A stretch of 43,395 bases of DNA from a virus. Taxonomy: Duplodnaviria > Heunggongvirae > Uroviricota > Caudoviricetes. Of this stretch, positions 8,653-17,806 are shown piece after piece (positions within the stretch are counted from its first letter, which is position 1; the number at the start of each line of letters is the position of its first letter). The notes under the pieces are model-generated. The model saw nothing but the letters and a program-made list of their open reading frames with translations, ran no database searches and had not been told where the DNA came from. The translations under genes and the position numbers were made by a program. The stretch lies in IMG/VR virus record IMGVR_UViG_3300028832_002797; one strand, 5' to 3'.

Positions 8653-9042
8653 ATGACAAAAGACGATTTTAAAGTTTTTCAAGATTATCATATAGATTAC
8701 ATTCTAAGAGATAAGCATCAGCCTTATATCTTTAGGGAAATGTATATCAATGAAAACAATGTTACAGAACCGGATCTTTTGATTCCTATTGTTAGCCCAG
8801 AGACTTATACACAAACTATAGAATGTCTTGTATTTAGGTCAAATGAAAACAAAACTTATATGTACAGAGGTTATCTTTATATAAACCCGAAAGGCGAAAA
8901 TGTAAAGAAAATGACCTTATATTCCAGAAACGGAAAAGAAGTCGCATTTGACCCAAAGATAGATGACGCTTCTATATTTACTGAAAAAGTTAAGATGTAT
9001 GTAGATAACTATGATAATTTCAGAAGTATTGACAAGCTATGA
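8653..9042 (+). CDS. Array paralog (divergent)
   Basis: Ends ...NFRSIDKL; ATGA overlap downstream. Confidence 0.75.
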   Translation: MTKDDFKVFQDYHIDYILRDKHQPYIFREMYINENNVTEPDLLIPIVSPETYTQTIECLVFRSNENKTYMYRGYLYINPKGENVKKMTLYSRNGKEVAFDPKIDDASIFTEKVKMYVDNYDNFRSIDKL

Positions 9043-9413
9043 CAAAAGTAATCTGTGAAAAATATAAAGACGGAAATTTACTCTATACGAATGAATATAT
9101 CGTTGGAGAGTTAAATTTTATTTACGAATGTAGTCCAAACACAGCTTATGAAGCCATGCAATCTGATTTACGTAATCATAAAACAGTACGTATGTGTTTT
9201 ATCGCAAAGTCGTTAAATAATAAAAAAATAAGCATGGAATACTATAAGTATATTGGTTCGTTTCCGATATATAACTTTGGTCCTTTGGATGAACGAACAT
9301 ATCTCGTTATTGGCGATAAGACCTTTTACTATTCCGATGTTGTTGATAATACCGAAAAGATAGTTGCCTTGATTAAACAGGAAGAAACCCTTTCAGCCAT
9401 CGAGGAGTTATGA
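9039..9413 (+). CDS. Array paralog
   Basis: Ends YLVIGDKTFYY...LIKQEETLSAIEEL. Confidence 0.85.
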   Translation: MTKVICEKYKDGNLLYTNEYIVGELNFIYECSPNTAYEAMQSDLRNHKTVRMCFIAKSLNNKKISMEYYKYIGSFPIYNFGPLDERTYLVIGDKTFYYSDVVDNTEKIVALIKQEETLSAIEEL

Positions 9414-9763
9414 TTAAAGTAATTATTACAATAGGTGGAAATATCGTTGTTGAATATGTTGTAACTGAACTTATCAGTGTAATTATAGATTTTGTTAGAG
9501 CTACCCGAATTACACAAAGTCAGACTGATGGTATAGGTAACAACGTTTTGTATATAGAATTCAACTATAAAAGTAAGAATAGCCGTGAAAACTATGGTAA
9601 CATAACTTTACCTTTCGGACACTTTGCCGAGAAAGACCAAGAAGTCTATTTAACTGATGGCCACAAAAATTATTATTATAAAGACATTATGGAAAATCCC
9701 GAAAAGTTCAAAGCCATAATAACCAATAAACTTATGGTTGAAACCATCGATAGCGTATTATGA
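9410..9763 (+). CDS. Array paralog
   Basis: Ends YYYKDIMENPEKFKAII...ETIDSVL. Confidence 0.85.
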   Translation: MIKVIITIGGNIVVEYVVTELISVIIDFVRATRITQSQTDGIGNNVLYIEFNYKSKNSRENYGNITLPFGHFAEKDQEVYLTDGHKNYYYKDIMENPEKFKAIITNKLMVETIDSVL

Positions 9764-10029
9764 CCGTTATATTAAAGCTTAATAAAAAAATTCACAGAAA
9801 AGACTACAAAATAACGAAAATTATTAAGTTTTTTGCAGCCGGTATACATTCGTATATTCATTTTATTGATGATGCCGGAAAAGATTTACAGTTCAATTTT
9901 GATGTATATTGTAGTATTGAAGTCGATGGTATAAAACACGATTATATTGAATATAGGGAAAATCCTGCAAAGTTCGCAGCCATGATTGAGAATATTCAAA
10001 ATATATTTGTATTAGAGGCCTTACCGTGA
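9760..10029 (+). CDS. Array paralog
   Basis: Ends SIEVDGIKHDY...ENPAKF...VLEALP. Confidence 0.85.
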   Translation: MTVILKLNKKIHRKDYKITKIIKFFAAGIHSYIHFIDDAGKDLQFNFDVYCSIEVDGIKHDYIEYRENPAKFAAMIENIQNIFVLEALP

Positions 10030-10361
10030 TTCTTGTACATGATCTTGATTGCCCGACTCGTGTTCTTAGAGTAAAGAAAATTTTAACCTTTACTGTTTTT
10101 GAAAATCCGGTACCTTATCCAATTAATGAACTTTCAGAACCGCCGACAATGGTTGTAAATTTTGAATTTGTTGGAAATGCTGATACATATTATGACGCTA
10201 CGTATTATTTTTCAATGAGCGAAGATTCTGTAAAAAATCTTTTTATGATTACTATAAATGGCAGAACGTTTGAACTGAAAGATATTATAGAAAATCGAGA
10301 ACTGGTAATATCACTTATTGAACATGAAAAAGACCTTCAGGAAATTGAGGCTTTACCATGA
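10026..10361 (+). CDS. Array paralog (GTG start)
   Basis: GTGA overlap; ends ITINGRTF...EIEALP. Confidence 0.85.
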   Translation: MILVHDLDCPTRVLRVKKILTFTVFENPVPYPINELSEPPTMVVNFEFVGNADTYYDATYYFSMSEDSVKNLFMITINGRTFELKDIIENRELVISLIEHEKDLQEIEALP

Positions 10362-10654
10362 TATTGTATCTTTTACAGAATAAACATCACTATGGTACCA
10401 AGGTAGAGTTTACTCATTTGAGCAGCATTGAAACACTCAATTTCCACGGCGATGATTTTACGGTTATTACTCTTGTCGATAAATACGGAAAAACTCATAG
10501 ACTGCCTATCGGAAAAGAATCGGTAATCAGGGTTGATTCCGGTCCTATTGATTTACCAGCAGAATATGAATTTAGAGAGATGACTGAAAACCCGGATGCA
10601 TTCGTAGCAATGATTAATAACATAGAAAATGAAATTGCTCTCGACCGTCTTTAA
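10358..10654 (+). CDS. Array paralog
   Basis: Ends ...ENPDAFVAMINNIENEIALDRL. Confidence 0.85.
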   Translation: MILYLLQNKHHYGTKVEFTHLSSIETLNFHGDDFTVITLVDKYGKTHRLPIGKESVIRVDSGPIDLPAEYEFREMTENPDAFVAMINNIENEIALDRL

Positions 10655-10679
10655 CCCGTTGACAAACGGGTTATTTTTT
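10652..10679 (+). terminator. Terminator hairpin overlapping a -35 box
   Basis: AACCCGTT-GACA-AACGGGTT followed by ATTTTTT. Confidence 0.6.
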
Positions 10680-10687
10680 ACTATATT
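10659..10687 (+). promoter_or_regulatory. Sigma70-type promoter TTGACA-N17-TATATT
   Basis: ATG at 10695, 7 nt after the -10 box. Confidence 0.8.
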
Positions 10688-10694
10688 AAGATTG

Positions 10695-11015
10695 ATGATT
10701 CGGATTATTCAAGAAGAGAATATACATGGGAATTGGACTCAGCGTCGTCAGTTCAAAGTAAAATCAGCAAAGCTGGTCACACAAACTGTACGTAGCACAT
10801 ATGATACCGATCTTATTGTTCAGTTTGAATCCTACAATAACAGTCGTCGAGATACCTATGGATTTGAATCTGCTGAAACATGCTTACAATATAGGTTGTT
10901 AATAGAAATAGGCGGAGAAGTCTATGGACGTAAAGAACTTATTGAAAATGTCGATAAATTCAACGCCATGCTAGAAAACGAGTCAGTAAAATGCGCCATT
11001 GAGAGATTGTCATGA
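10695..11015 (+). CDS. Array paralog
   Basis: Start revised to MIRIIQEE; ends LIEIGGEVY...CAIERLS. Confidence 0.85.
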   Translation: MIRIIQEENIHGNWTQRRQFKVKSAKLVTQTVRSTYDTDLIVQFESYNNSRRDTYGFESAETCLQYRLLIEIGGEVYGRKELIENVDKFNAMLENESVKCAIERLS

Positions 11016-11335
11016 TTAGAGTTAAGTGTTATCATAAATCTAGTATTAATGGGCGTTGGGAACAAATCAGAGCTTATCCAGTATATCAGCCTGTACTTAA
11101 ATATAGTGAACTTAGTAAAGATTATTTAACAATCACTTATGTAGATTTTTATAAAAATCCAAATAGTTTAATGTTGTTCGATAGAGAAGACATTCGTATG
11201 CAAGTAGCTCTGGATATTGACGAATTAAATATTCATAAAGAATATACTATAGAGGAATTAAAAACTGATTTTGACAGAGTTAGTGCGTTATTTGATAATG
11301 AATATATGAAAGATATTTTGGAAGCCTTACCATGA
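11012..11335 (+). CDS. Array paralog
   Basis: Ends ...DFDRVSALFDNEYMKDILEALP. Confidence 0.85.
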   Translation: MIRVKCYHKSSINGRWEQIRAYPVYQPVLKYSELSKDYLTITYVDFYKNPNSLMLFDREDIRMQVALDIDELNIHKEYTIEELKTDFDRVSALFDNEYMKDILEALP

Positions 11336-11673
11336 TTAAACTTGTACGTGAAGCATATTATAAAGATGGACAGCACTCGACGCGAATTTATTATTTACTC
11401 GAATCGTATGTTTTTCAAACTGTGACCAATAGGCACAAATATCTTTGTATAGCATTTACATATTTTAAATCAGAACTTGATGATGACTATAAGGAAAAAC
11501 CGGACTATTGTTTTTTGGGTAATGTGTCTAATCCTAGCGGCAACAGCTATAATACTTGGATTGAAATCGACAATGTAAAATATACAGATAAAGACATTGA
11601 AAAGAATATGGAAAAGTTCAATACTCTCTTAACACAGAAAACAAACGAAGAAGTTTTGAATAGATTGGACTGA
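11332..11673 (+). CDS. Array paralog
   Basis: Ends WIEIDNVKY...EVLNRLD. Confidence 0.85.
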   Translation: MIKLVREAYYKDGQHSTRIYYLLESYVFQTVTNRHKYLCIAFTYFKSELDDDYKEKPDYCFLGNVSNPSGNSYNTWIEIDNVKYTDKDIEKNMEKFNTLLTQKTNEEVLNRLD

Positions 11674-11674
11674 T

Positions 11675-11956
11675 ATGGTTATAGTTAAGATAGTTGAACC
11701 TAACATGAATACCAAATATTTGGAAGCAACTAATGTTAGATTAGATGCCGTTACTAAAGCTGACATTTATCTTCATTATAGAATTCCAGATTATCTTGGT
11801 GAACAGGCTATTTACTTAACCTTAAATACCAAAGATGTTTCTTTGATTATAAACAATGTTGAATATCTTCACAATACGCTTATAAACGATTATGATAAAA
11901 TTAACGCTCTATTGGAAGAACAACGGATAGAAGAAGCTATCGACTCTTTACCTTAA
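11675..11956 (+). CDS. Array paralog
   Basis: Ends LIINNVEY...EEAIDSLP. Confidence 0.85.
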   Translation: MVIVKIVEPNMNTKYLEATNVRLDAVTKADIYLHYRIPDYLGEQAIYLTLNTKDVSLIINNVEYLHNTLINDYDKINALLEEQRIEEAIDSLP

Positions 11957-11963
11957 TTCTCGG

Positions 11964-11992
11964 TTGACAAATGTTTCATACTTTGCTATATT
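11964..11992 (+). promoter_or_regulatory. Sigma70-type promoter TTGACA-N17-TATATT
   Basis: ATG at 11999, 6 nt after the -10 box. Confidence 0.8.
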
Positions 11993-11998
11993 GTGTAT

Positions 11999-12358
11999 AT
12001 GAGCAAGGTTATTCTTTATAATGTCTTTAAAATTATGAATAATAGCATTGTAGGCAGTGTAGATTACAAATGGACTCCAAAATACGAAGTAAAGAACGCA
12101 AAACTTGTACTGTACGAGAATAACGGTTATTATATAGAGTACGAAAAATACAAACTAATAGGTGATAATAATTCATTTAATCAGTTATCAACACCCAGAT
12201 ATTTTAGACTTGGGGATGTATATGGTACTAATATGGTAGGCGCAGTCGAAGTCGATGGTGAAATGTATAATATTAATCGTATTGCGGAAAATCCGGAAGC
12301 CTTCTCAGCAAAATTAGAAAACCTAGAACTTGAAGATTGCATAGACCAACTACCATGA
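11999..12358 (+). CDS. Array paralog
   Basis: Ends VEVDGEMY...ENPEAF...DCIDQLP. Confidence 0.85.
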   Translation: MSKVILYNVFKIMNNSIVGSVDYKWTPKYEVKNAKLVLYENNGYYIEYEKYKLIGDNNSFNQLSTPRYFRLGDVYGTNMVGAVEVDGEMYNINRIAENPEAFSAKLENLELEDCIDQLP

Positions 12359-12696
12359 TTAAATTATTGTTTAAAGATTATACTGTTAATAGCGGTTATA
12401 ATGATTTGCCTATTATAAATCTCAAGGTGGAACTTGAGAGAAATATACCGAATGATTTTTTCCAGCTAAATCAAAAAGAGAGAACTGCTGTTTTGGCGAC
12501 ATTCAATTTTATTGGTGAGTCAGCACGTCAGGCTAGAAATATAGGTCGTTTCCGATATAATTCTTTTGACTATGAAAATTTTATCCAAATCGGTGAAACC
12601 ATTTATAACTATGAAGCACTTCTGGAAAATATAGACAGAATAAGCGCAATTATTGAAAAAGAAAACTTGAAGAATTCCATTGAGGCATTACCATGA
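12355..12696 (+). CDS. Array paralog
   Basis: Start revised to the ATGA overlap (MIKLLF); ends FIQIGETIY...NSIEALP. Confidence 0.85.
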   Translation: MIKLLFKDYTVNSGYNDLPIINLKVELERNIPNDFFQLNQKERTAVLATFNFIGESARQARNIGRFRYNSFDYENFIQIGETIYNYEALLENIDRISAIIEKENLKNSIEALP

Positions 12697-12941
12697 TAAT
12701 AGTAAGTCATAAAGGTAACAACTATCATCGATATATTAAAGCAGCAAGTATTCGTAAAATAGATGAATCTTTTTATACTCTTGAAATTCCAAATTATAAA
12801 AGCAATGTTTATATTCTTAAATATAATGTCATTACTATTGATGATAAAGAGTATGATATTAAATTTATCAATGAAAATTTTGAACGTATGAAAGCAATTA
12901 TTGAAAATGAATCTAACAAATATCTTTTGGACCAACTATAA
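12693..12941 (+). CDS. Array paralog
   Basis: Ends ITIDDKEY...YLLDQL. Confidence 0.85.
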   Translation: MIIVSHKGNNYHRYIKAASIRKIDESFYTLEIPNYKSNVYILKYNVITIDDKEYDIKFINENFERMKAIIENESNKYLLDQL

Positions 12942-13309
12942 TGTTATACGTCGTCATTAGAAAAAGAACTAATAAAGAACGTCCTATTGAATATATCAAA
13001 TTTCCGATTCTTGAACTTATTTGGATAACAAAAGTTGTTCGCCTTACAAGTACATGTCAAACGGATATTTTCGGACAAGACGGTATCGATATTAGAATAA
13101 AAACAAAGGCTCATGGTGAAATTACAGAAGCAACATTTTCCTTAGGGAAGTTTCATACTCCGATTAACTGGTTTGGATGGCAAAGAACTTGCTTTATTGC
13201 CAAAGGTAGAAAACATTTTAATTATCCGGAAATTTATAAAGATTTTGAAAAATTTGAATTAAGGCTTAAACAGATGTTATTAGAAGACAAGATTGAGGAA
13301 TTACCATGA
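12941..13309 (+). CDS. Array paralog
   Basis: Ends ...FNYPEIYKDFEKF...DKIEELP. Confidence 0.85.
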   Translation: MLYVVIRKRTNKERPIEYIKFPILELIWITKVVRLTSTCQTDIFGQDGIDIRIKTKAHGEITEATFSLGKFHTPINWFGWQRTCFIAKGRKHFNYPEIYKDFEKFELRLKQMLLEDKIEELP

Positions 13310-13575
13310 TTGAAGTATTTGATGGACTTTTTAATAGACGTGTACGGAATGTTAGTCTTATAAAACTAGAAGATAAAGATGGCTATTTGTTTAAAGCCAA
13401 CTATTTTGATTGTGGTAACTTATATAATACCTGTTCATATTTTCTTGCGTTCAATCATAGTTATATTAAAATTAACAACACCAAATATGATTATACCTCA
13501 ATGCGTGAGAATTTTGACAAAATCCAAGTTATATTAGAAAAAGAAAATATTAAAATGGCCCTTGAGAAACTATGA
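13306..13575 (+). CDS. Array paralog
   Basis: Ends YIKINNTKYDY...MALEKL. Confidence 0.85.
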   Translation: MIEVFDGLFNRRVRNVSLIKLEDKDGYLFKANYFDCGNLYNTCSYFLAFNHSYIKINNTKYDYTSMRENFDKIQVILEKENIKMALEKL

Positions 13576-13850
13576 TTAAGATTTTTAATAAACCTAAAAA
13601 AGAAACAGTTATAAGTATTATCAGCTTTAATAAACGCGTTTTTGAAAACGGCGCAGAATATTTTATTGCTGAATATATTCCTGAAATGGAGTATTATTCA
13701 GTTCATTGTTATTTTTCAAATCTTCAACCGTACAACTATATTGAAATAAACAACAGAAGATTCAACTTTCGAAAAATGCTTAGGCATTACGAAAAACTTC
13801 AGGCGTTGATAGAACAAGAAGAAACTCTTAGGGTAATCAACAACCTCTAA
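13572..13850 (+). CDS. Array paralog
   Basis: Ends YIEINNRRF...ALIEQEETLRVINNL. Confidence 0.85.
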   Translation: MIKIFNKPKKETVISIISFNKRVFENGAEYFIAEYIPEMEYYSVHCYFSNLQPYNYIEINNRRFNFRKMLRHYEKLQALIEQEETLRVINNL

Positions 13851-13882
13851 AAACTGACACACAAAACTACGGAGTAAACTTT

Positions 13883-14149
13883 ATGCCCAAATCTACAAAT
13901 ACTGACTTAATTGTGTTTTCTATCTGCTCTGTCCTTGTCATTGCAGTTATATGTATGTTCGCTGCTGACCGTATCATATATGGACCTGCTCCAGATAAAG
14001 CACCGACTACCTATACTACTTCTGACGGATTGCATCATGGATGCAAATTGGCCGTATATGATGGACTAATCCATAGAACTACATGGACATTGACCTGTCC
14101 TGACGGATATATCCAGCATAATGGTAACTATACCATAGAACGTCCGTAG
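13883..14149 (+). CDS. Small protein with an N-terminal membrane anchor
   Basis: GGAG SD; hydrophobic LIVFSICSVLVIAVICMFAA; lacks the array motif. Confidence 0.75.
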   Translation: MPKSTNTDLIVFSICSVLVIAVICMFAADRIIYGPAPDKAPTTYTTSDGLHHGCKLAVYDGLIHRTTWTLTCPDGYIQHNGNYTIERP

Positions 14150-14164
14150 CGTGCATTTATATGG

Positions 14165-14193
14165 TTGACATCGGCCCTATATTTTGCTATATT
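14165..14193 (+). promoter_or_regulatory. Sigma70-type promoter TTGACA-N17-TATATT
   Basis: ATG at 14201, 7 nt after the -10 box. Confidence 0.8.
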
Positions 14194-14200
14194 GCATAGC

Positions 14201-14551
14201 ATGGTAGAAGTTATCCATAAAGTTAAATATAATTACGGTAAAACCGAATTTTCTTCGAATATTCTTACCGAACTTCGTTTTTTGATAGTTCATGAGGATA
14301 GTTTATCAGCATACATAGTAAATCCCACACCCGAAAAACATTATGTTGATATTGGATTTTCTACTAAGAACGGTTTAATAAATTTAGCCATTGGTAAGTT
14401 CGATATTACAGGTGTCAAATCATGGGAAGTCTATGTTCTCATTGACGGTGTTAAATACGAATATGAATATATAGCCTACAACCCTGAACGTTTTAAGGCT
14501 TTGGTAAACCAGTCGTTGTTAACTTCCATGCTGGAGAAAAACTTATGCTAG
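14201..14551 (+). CDS. Array paralog
   Basis: Start revised to MVEVIH; ends VLIDGVKYEY...NPERFKALV...MLEKNLC. Confidence 0.85.
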   Translation: MVEVIHKVKYNYGKTEFSSNILTELRFLIVHEDSLSAYIVNPTPEKHYVDIGFSTKNGLINLAIGKFDITGVKSWEVYVLIDGVKYEYEYIAYNPERFKALVNQSLLTSMLEKNLC

Positions 14552-14865
14552 AAGTATGGCAAGCAACATATAATTTCGGATATTTAAAATATCCGCTGGC
14601 TAAGCTTATCGACTTGGAACCCGATGACGATTACGGTATTACAGATACTGGCAAATGTCTGTTAAGACAGCGTTTTCGTATAAGGTTCTATGATAATCTG
14701 GATAAAAAACATACGATCCATTTTGATGGAGTCCGTCAGCAAGAAAACATTATCGTAAATGGCAGAAAGAAATACGACTATTTCTCTATAAAGAAAGATC
14801 CTATCAAATTCAGACTGTTTCTGGAACAGGAAATTACACGCTCTGCAATCGAGGCACTTCCATGA
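14545..14865 (+). CDS. Array paralog
   Basis: Ends IIVNGRKKY...SAIEALP. Confidence 0.85.
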   Translation: MLEVWQATYNFGYLKYPLAKLIDLEPDDDYGITDTGKCLLRQRFRIRFYDNLDKKHTIHFDGVRQQENIIVNGRKKYDYFSIKKDPIKFRLFLEQEITRSAIEALP

Positions 14866-15167
14866 TTAAAGTTATCGACGGATTTGGACTTAAACATCAA
14901 GTAGCAAGTGGCTCATTACACAAGATGTATTCTATATACAACACAAATGAAGTAGTTGGCTACAAATTCGTATATGTTGTGGAAGGTCGAGCGATACGAC
15001 AAGAATGCCTCTTCAATACAAAAACTTGGGCACACGAGTTTCAAAATGCCATCGATATTAACGGTAAGGTTTTTCATTACGAAGACATCGATAAGAACTA
15101 CGGAAGTATTAAGGTCATGATTGAACAGGATTTTATGGCCAGTATGATTGATAGGAATTTGCCATGA
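14862..15167 (+). CDS. Array paralog
   Basis: Ends IDINGKVFHYEDI...MIDRNLP. Confidence 0.85.
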   Translation: MIKVIDGFGLKHQVASGSLHKMYSIYNTNEVVGYKFVYVVEGRAIRQECLFNTKTWAHEFQNAIDINGKVFHYEDIDKNYGSIKVMIEQDFMASMIDRNLP

Positions 15168-15472
15168 TTAATATTTGTAGAAATGGAATAATTGAAACCG
15201 TACAGCCAATGACGCTCGTCGTGACCACGACACGTTATGAAAAAGGCTTGGTATTAAAGTGCAGGCCTTCTTATACATTGTATTATCGTAACAAGGATAA
15301 TCTTATAAGGTATATAGACTTTTCAGTATATGACAAAAATGCTCGAAAAGAGAATTATCTGGAAATAAAAAATATAAGGTACAAATATCCAGGCATTAAT
15401 AGAAATCCTGAAAAAATCAGAATGCTTATTGAAGAAGATCGGCTCAACGATTCTATTGAGGCTTTACCATGA
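15164..15472 (+). CDS. Array paralog
   Basis: Ends YLEIKNIRYKY...DSIEALP. Confidence 0.85.
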   Translation: MINICRNGIIETVQPMTLVVTTTRYEKGLVLKCRPSYTLYYRNKDNLIRYIDFSVYDKNARKENYLEIKNIRYKYPGINRNPEKIRMLIEEDRLNDSIEALP

Positions 15473-16245
15473 CAAAGTTTAGACCTTGCATAGACATACA
15501 TGACGGTTGTGTTAAGCAAATCGTCGGTAGTTCCCTAGGTTCAAATTTAGTAACAAATTTCGAATCAGACCGTTCTCCGGCCTGGTTCGCTGAACTGTAT
15601 AAGAAAGACGGAATTACTGGTGGTCATGTTATCATGCTCGGTAAAGAAAATCCCGAACTTGCAAAAGAAGCGTTGAGAGCATATCCTGGCGGACTTCAAG
15701 TCGGCGGCGGAATAACTTCCAAGAACGCACAGGAATATCTGGATGCTGGCGCTTCGCATGTTATCGTTACCAGTTGGGTTTTCCCTGACGGTAAACTGAA
15801 CATAGACAGACTCGAAACCCTTTCGAGAATTGTTGGCAAGGAACATCTCGTACTCGATTTGAGCTGCAAGAGAATAACGGAACCTGAAGATATTCCCGCA
15901 TGGAAAGTCGCAATCAATCACTGGCAGACACTTTCAGATACAGAAGTATTACCGGAAACACTTGAGCTTCTTTCTGATTACTGTTCTGAGTTTCTTATAC
16001 ATGCAGCGGATTACGAAGGTAAGCAAAACGGCATGGATGAAGAACTTATAATGCTCATGGCCGAATATAGTCCGATTCAATGTACCTATGCGGGAGGTGC
16101 AAAGTCTATTAAGGACCTAGAACGCTGCCAGAGGCTCTCAAACGGAGCCGTGGACCTCTCTATCGGTTCAGCCCTAGACTTATTTGGGGGCAAGGGAATT
16201 AAGTACACAGAGTGTGTTCGGTTCAATAAAGGAGCAGGGCGATGA
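15469..16245 (+). CDS. hisA: ProFAR isomerase, His6/eukaryotic-type HisA
   Basis: Motifs MTKFRPCIDIHDGCVKQIVG, LQVGGGI, VIVTSW, LDLSC, FLIHAADYEG, YAGGAKS and IGSALDLFGG match the yeast His6-type family. Confidence 0.93.
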   Translation: MTKFRPCIDIHDGCVKQIVGSSLGSNLVTNFESDRSPAWFAELYKKDGITGGHVIMLGKENPELAKEALRAYPGGLQVGGGITSKNAQEYLDAGASHVIVTSWVFPDGKLNIDRLETLSRIVGKEHLVLDLSCKRITEPEDIPAWKVAINHWQTLSDTEVLPETLELLSDYCSEFLIHAADYEGKQNGMDEELIMLMAEYSPIQCTYAGGAKSIKDLERCQRLSNGAVDLSIGSALDLFGGKGIKYTECVRFNKGAGR

Positions 16246-16544
16246 TTAAAGTATTTAATTCAAAGAAGCTCTACACTTTAAGTAATCCGGAATTCCACAT
16301 AGTTAAGCAGGACTATCTGGATACGAAAAATTATTTTGAATTTTACAGAATTGCATTCTATTATGACTGTATGCAAGTATTAGTCGATTTTTCTGACCGT
16401 TCTTCGATTGAAGAGTTTATCAACTATGTCGAAGTGAACGGGAAAATTTTTAAGTATAAAGATATTCATAAAAATCCGGAAAGATTTAGAATGTTATTGG
16501 AGCAGGACAAACTTATTGATACTATTGATAGGAACTTGCCATGA
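16242..16544 (+). CDS. Array paralog
   Basis: Ends YVEVNGKIFKYKDIHKNPERF...TIDRNLP. Confidence 0.85.
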   Translation: MIKVFNSKKLYTLSNPEFHIVKQDYLDTKNYFEFYRIAFYYDCMQVLVDFSDRSSIEEFINYVEVNGKIFKYKDIHKNPERFRMLLEQDKLIDTIDRNLP

Positions 16545-16834
16545 TTCAGGTTTATTTGTCTGCACTCAATAATTTTATCCCGGTAAGAAATCCGGAGTTA
16601 TGTAAAGCAATAGATAGTTTTACCAATAGCGAATATTTTCGTTTAACTGCCATTGACCCAACCGGACGTAAGTTTTATATCGATTTTTCCCCGTCATTAT
16701 GGAATAATGACAACTTCATCGATATTGATGGTAAAAAATTTAGATATTGTGAGATTGAAAAGAATCCCGATTACGTTATTGCGTTAGTGGAACAAGAAGC
16801 GAACCGTTGTGCAATAGAAGATCTTTCAGGTTAA
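16541..16834 (+). CDS. Array paralog
   Basis: Ends FIDIDGKKFRY...CAIEDLSG. Confidence 0.85.
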   Translation: MIQVYLSALNNFIPVRNPELCKAIDSFTNSEYFRLTAIDPTGRKFYIDFSPSLWNNDNFIDIDGKKFRYCEIEKNPDYVIALVEQEANRCAIEDLSG

Positions 16835-16859
16835 CATTTGACTTAAATTAATTTATATT
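16831..16859 (+). promoter_or_regulatory. Sigma70-type promoter TTAACA-N17-TATATT
   Basis: The -35 box contains the upstream TAA stop; ATG at 16870. Confidence 0.65.
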
Positions 16860-16869
16860 TAGAGGTACT

Positions 16870-17196
16870 ATGATTACATTATATGACCATGAAGACAATA
16901 AACTGTATGAAGTCAAGAAACTTACTGGTTTTTTGATTGACGATGACTTTTTCGCTAGACTCGCGGATGGCGATAGACAATGTGTAACAAAAAATTATGA
17001 AGAAATAATTTTGGATTTTGTTGACCAGTACAATAAGGAACGAAAGTTCTATATAACCGATTCCAACAAAGATAGAGTTACTATCAAAATAGATGATGTC
17101 GAATATTCCTATGATTATATCACGAAGAACCAAGATTGGGCAAATTCCGTATTTAACCATCAAATGGGTCTTATAGCAGTTGAGCAACTTCCATGA
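16870..17196 (+). CDS. Array paralog
   Basis: Ends IKIDDVEYSY...IAVEQLP. Confidence 0.85.
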   Translation: MITLYDHEDNKLYEVKKLTGFLIDDDFFARLADGDRQCVTKNYEEIILDFVDQYNKERKFYITDSNKDRVTIKIDDVEYSYDYITKNQDWANSVFNHQMGLIAVEQLP

Positions 17197-17480
17197 TTAA
17201 CGCATACAATGCCTGTCTTGATAAATTACATAAAGATATAAAACAACCGAAACTTGAAAGTTTCCCAGTTGATAATTATGCGGAACCTATCAGCTTTGCT
17301 ATTTATTTCGATGAGGACAAAGAACATAAGACTTTGGTTTTTTCGGGTAAGCGTTCACAAAATTATCTGGAAATAAATGGAAATAAATACTGGTATACAG
17401 ATATGTTGACCCGTTGGGACCTTATACAAGCGCTTATTGTCCAAGAAAACAACATAAAAGCTATCGATGCCCTTCCATAA
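17193..17480 (+). CDS. Array paralog
   Basis: Ends YLEINGNKYWY...KAIDALP. Confidence 0.85.
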   Translation: MINAYNACLDKLHKDIKQPKLESFPVDNYAEPISFAIYFDEDKEHKTLVFSGKRSQNYLEINGNKYWYTDMLTRWDLIQALIVQENNIKAIDALP

Positions 17481-17484
17481 AGGG

Positions 17485-17513
17485 CTGACATATACACCCC
17501 AATTTACTATATT
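17485..17513 (+). promoter_or_regulatory. Sigma70-type promoter CTGACA-N17-TATATT
   Basis: ATG at 17521, 7 nt after the -10 box. Confidence 0.7.
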
Positions 17514-17520
17514 GGGGTAT

Positions 17521-17805
17521 ATGGTAAAGTTTATTCAATATAACAAACTACACGATGAATATATCACATGGCCTTCTAATTATGTAGAATTGGCCGGACA
17601 CAACAATTCCGGCGAAATTCTCGTTGACGTTTATTATGGTGATAAACATACCTACCAGAAAGACCGTTTCATTTTGAAACCTAAGTGCTATTTTGAAATT
17701 GATGGAAAGAAGTATACCAGTTCCTACGTAAAAGCCCACGAACAAGAAATGAAAATTTTTCTCAAACAGGTCCGAGAAGCCTCTGTACTCAATATCCTAG
17801 ACTAA
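17521..17805 (+). CDS. Array paralog
   Basis: Start revised to MVKFIQ; ends YFEIDGKKY...VLNILD. Confidence 0.85.
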   Translation: MVKFIQYNKLHDEYITWPSNYVELAGHNNSGEILVDVYYGDKHTYQKDRFILKPKCYFEIDGKKYTSSYVKAHEQEMKIFLKQVREASVLNILD

Positions 17806-17806
17806 C

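Larger units (their letters stand above)
15147..16546 (+). repeat. 23-bp near-perfect direct repeat pair bracketing the hisA segment
   Basis: ATTGATAGGAA(T/C)TTGCCATGATT at 15147-15169 and 16524-16546 (one mismatch). Confidence 0.6.
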
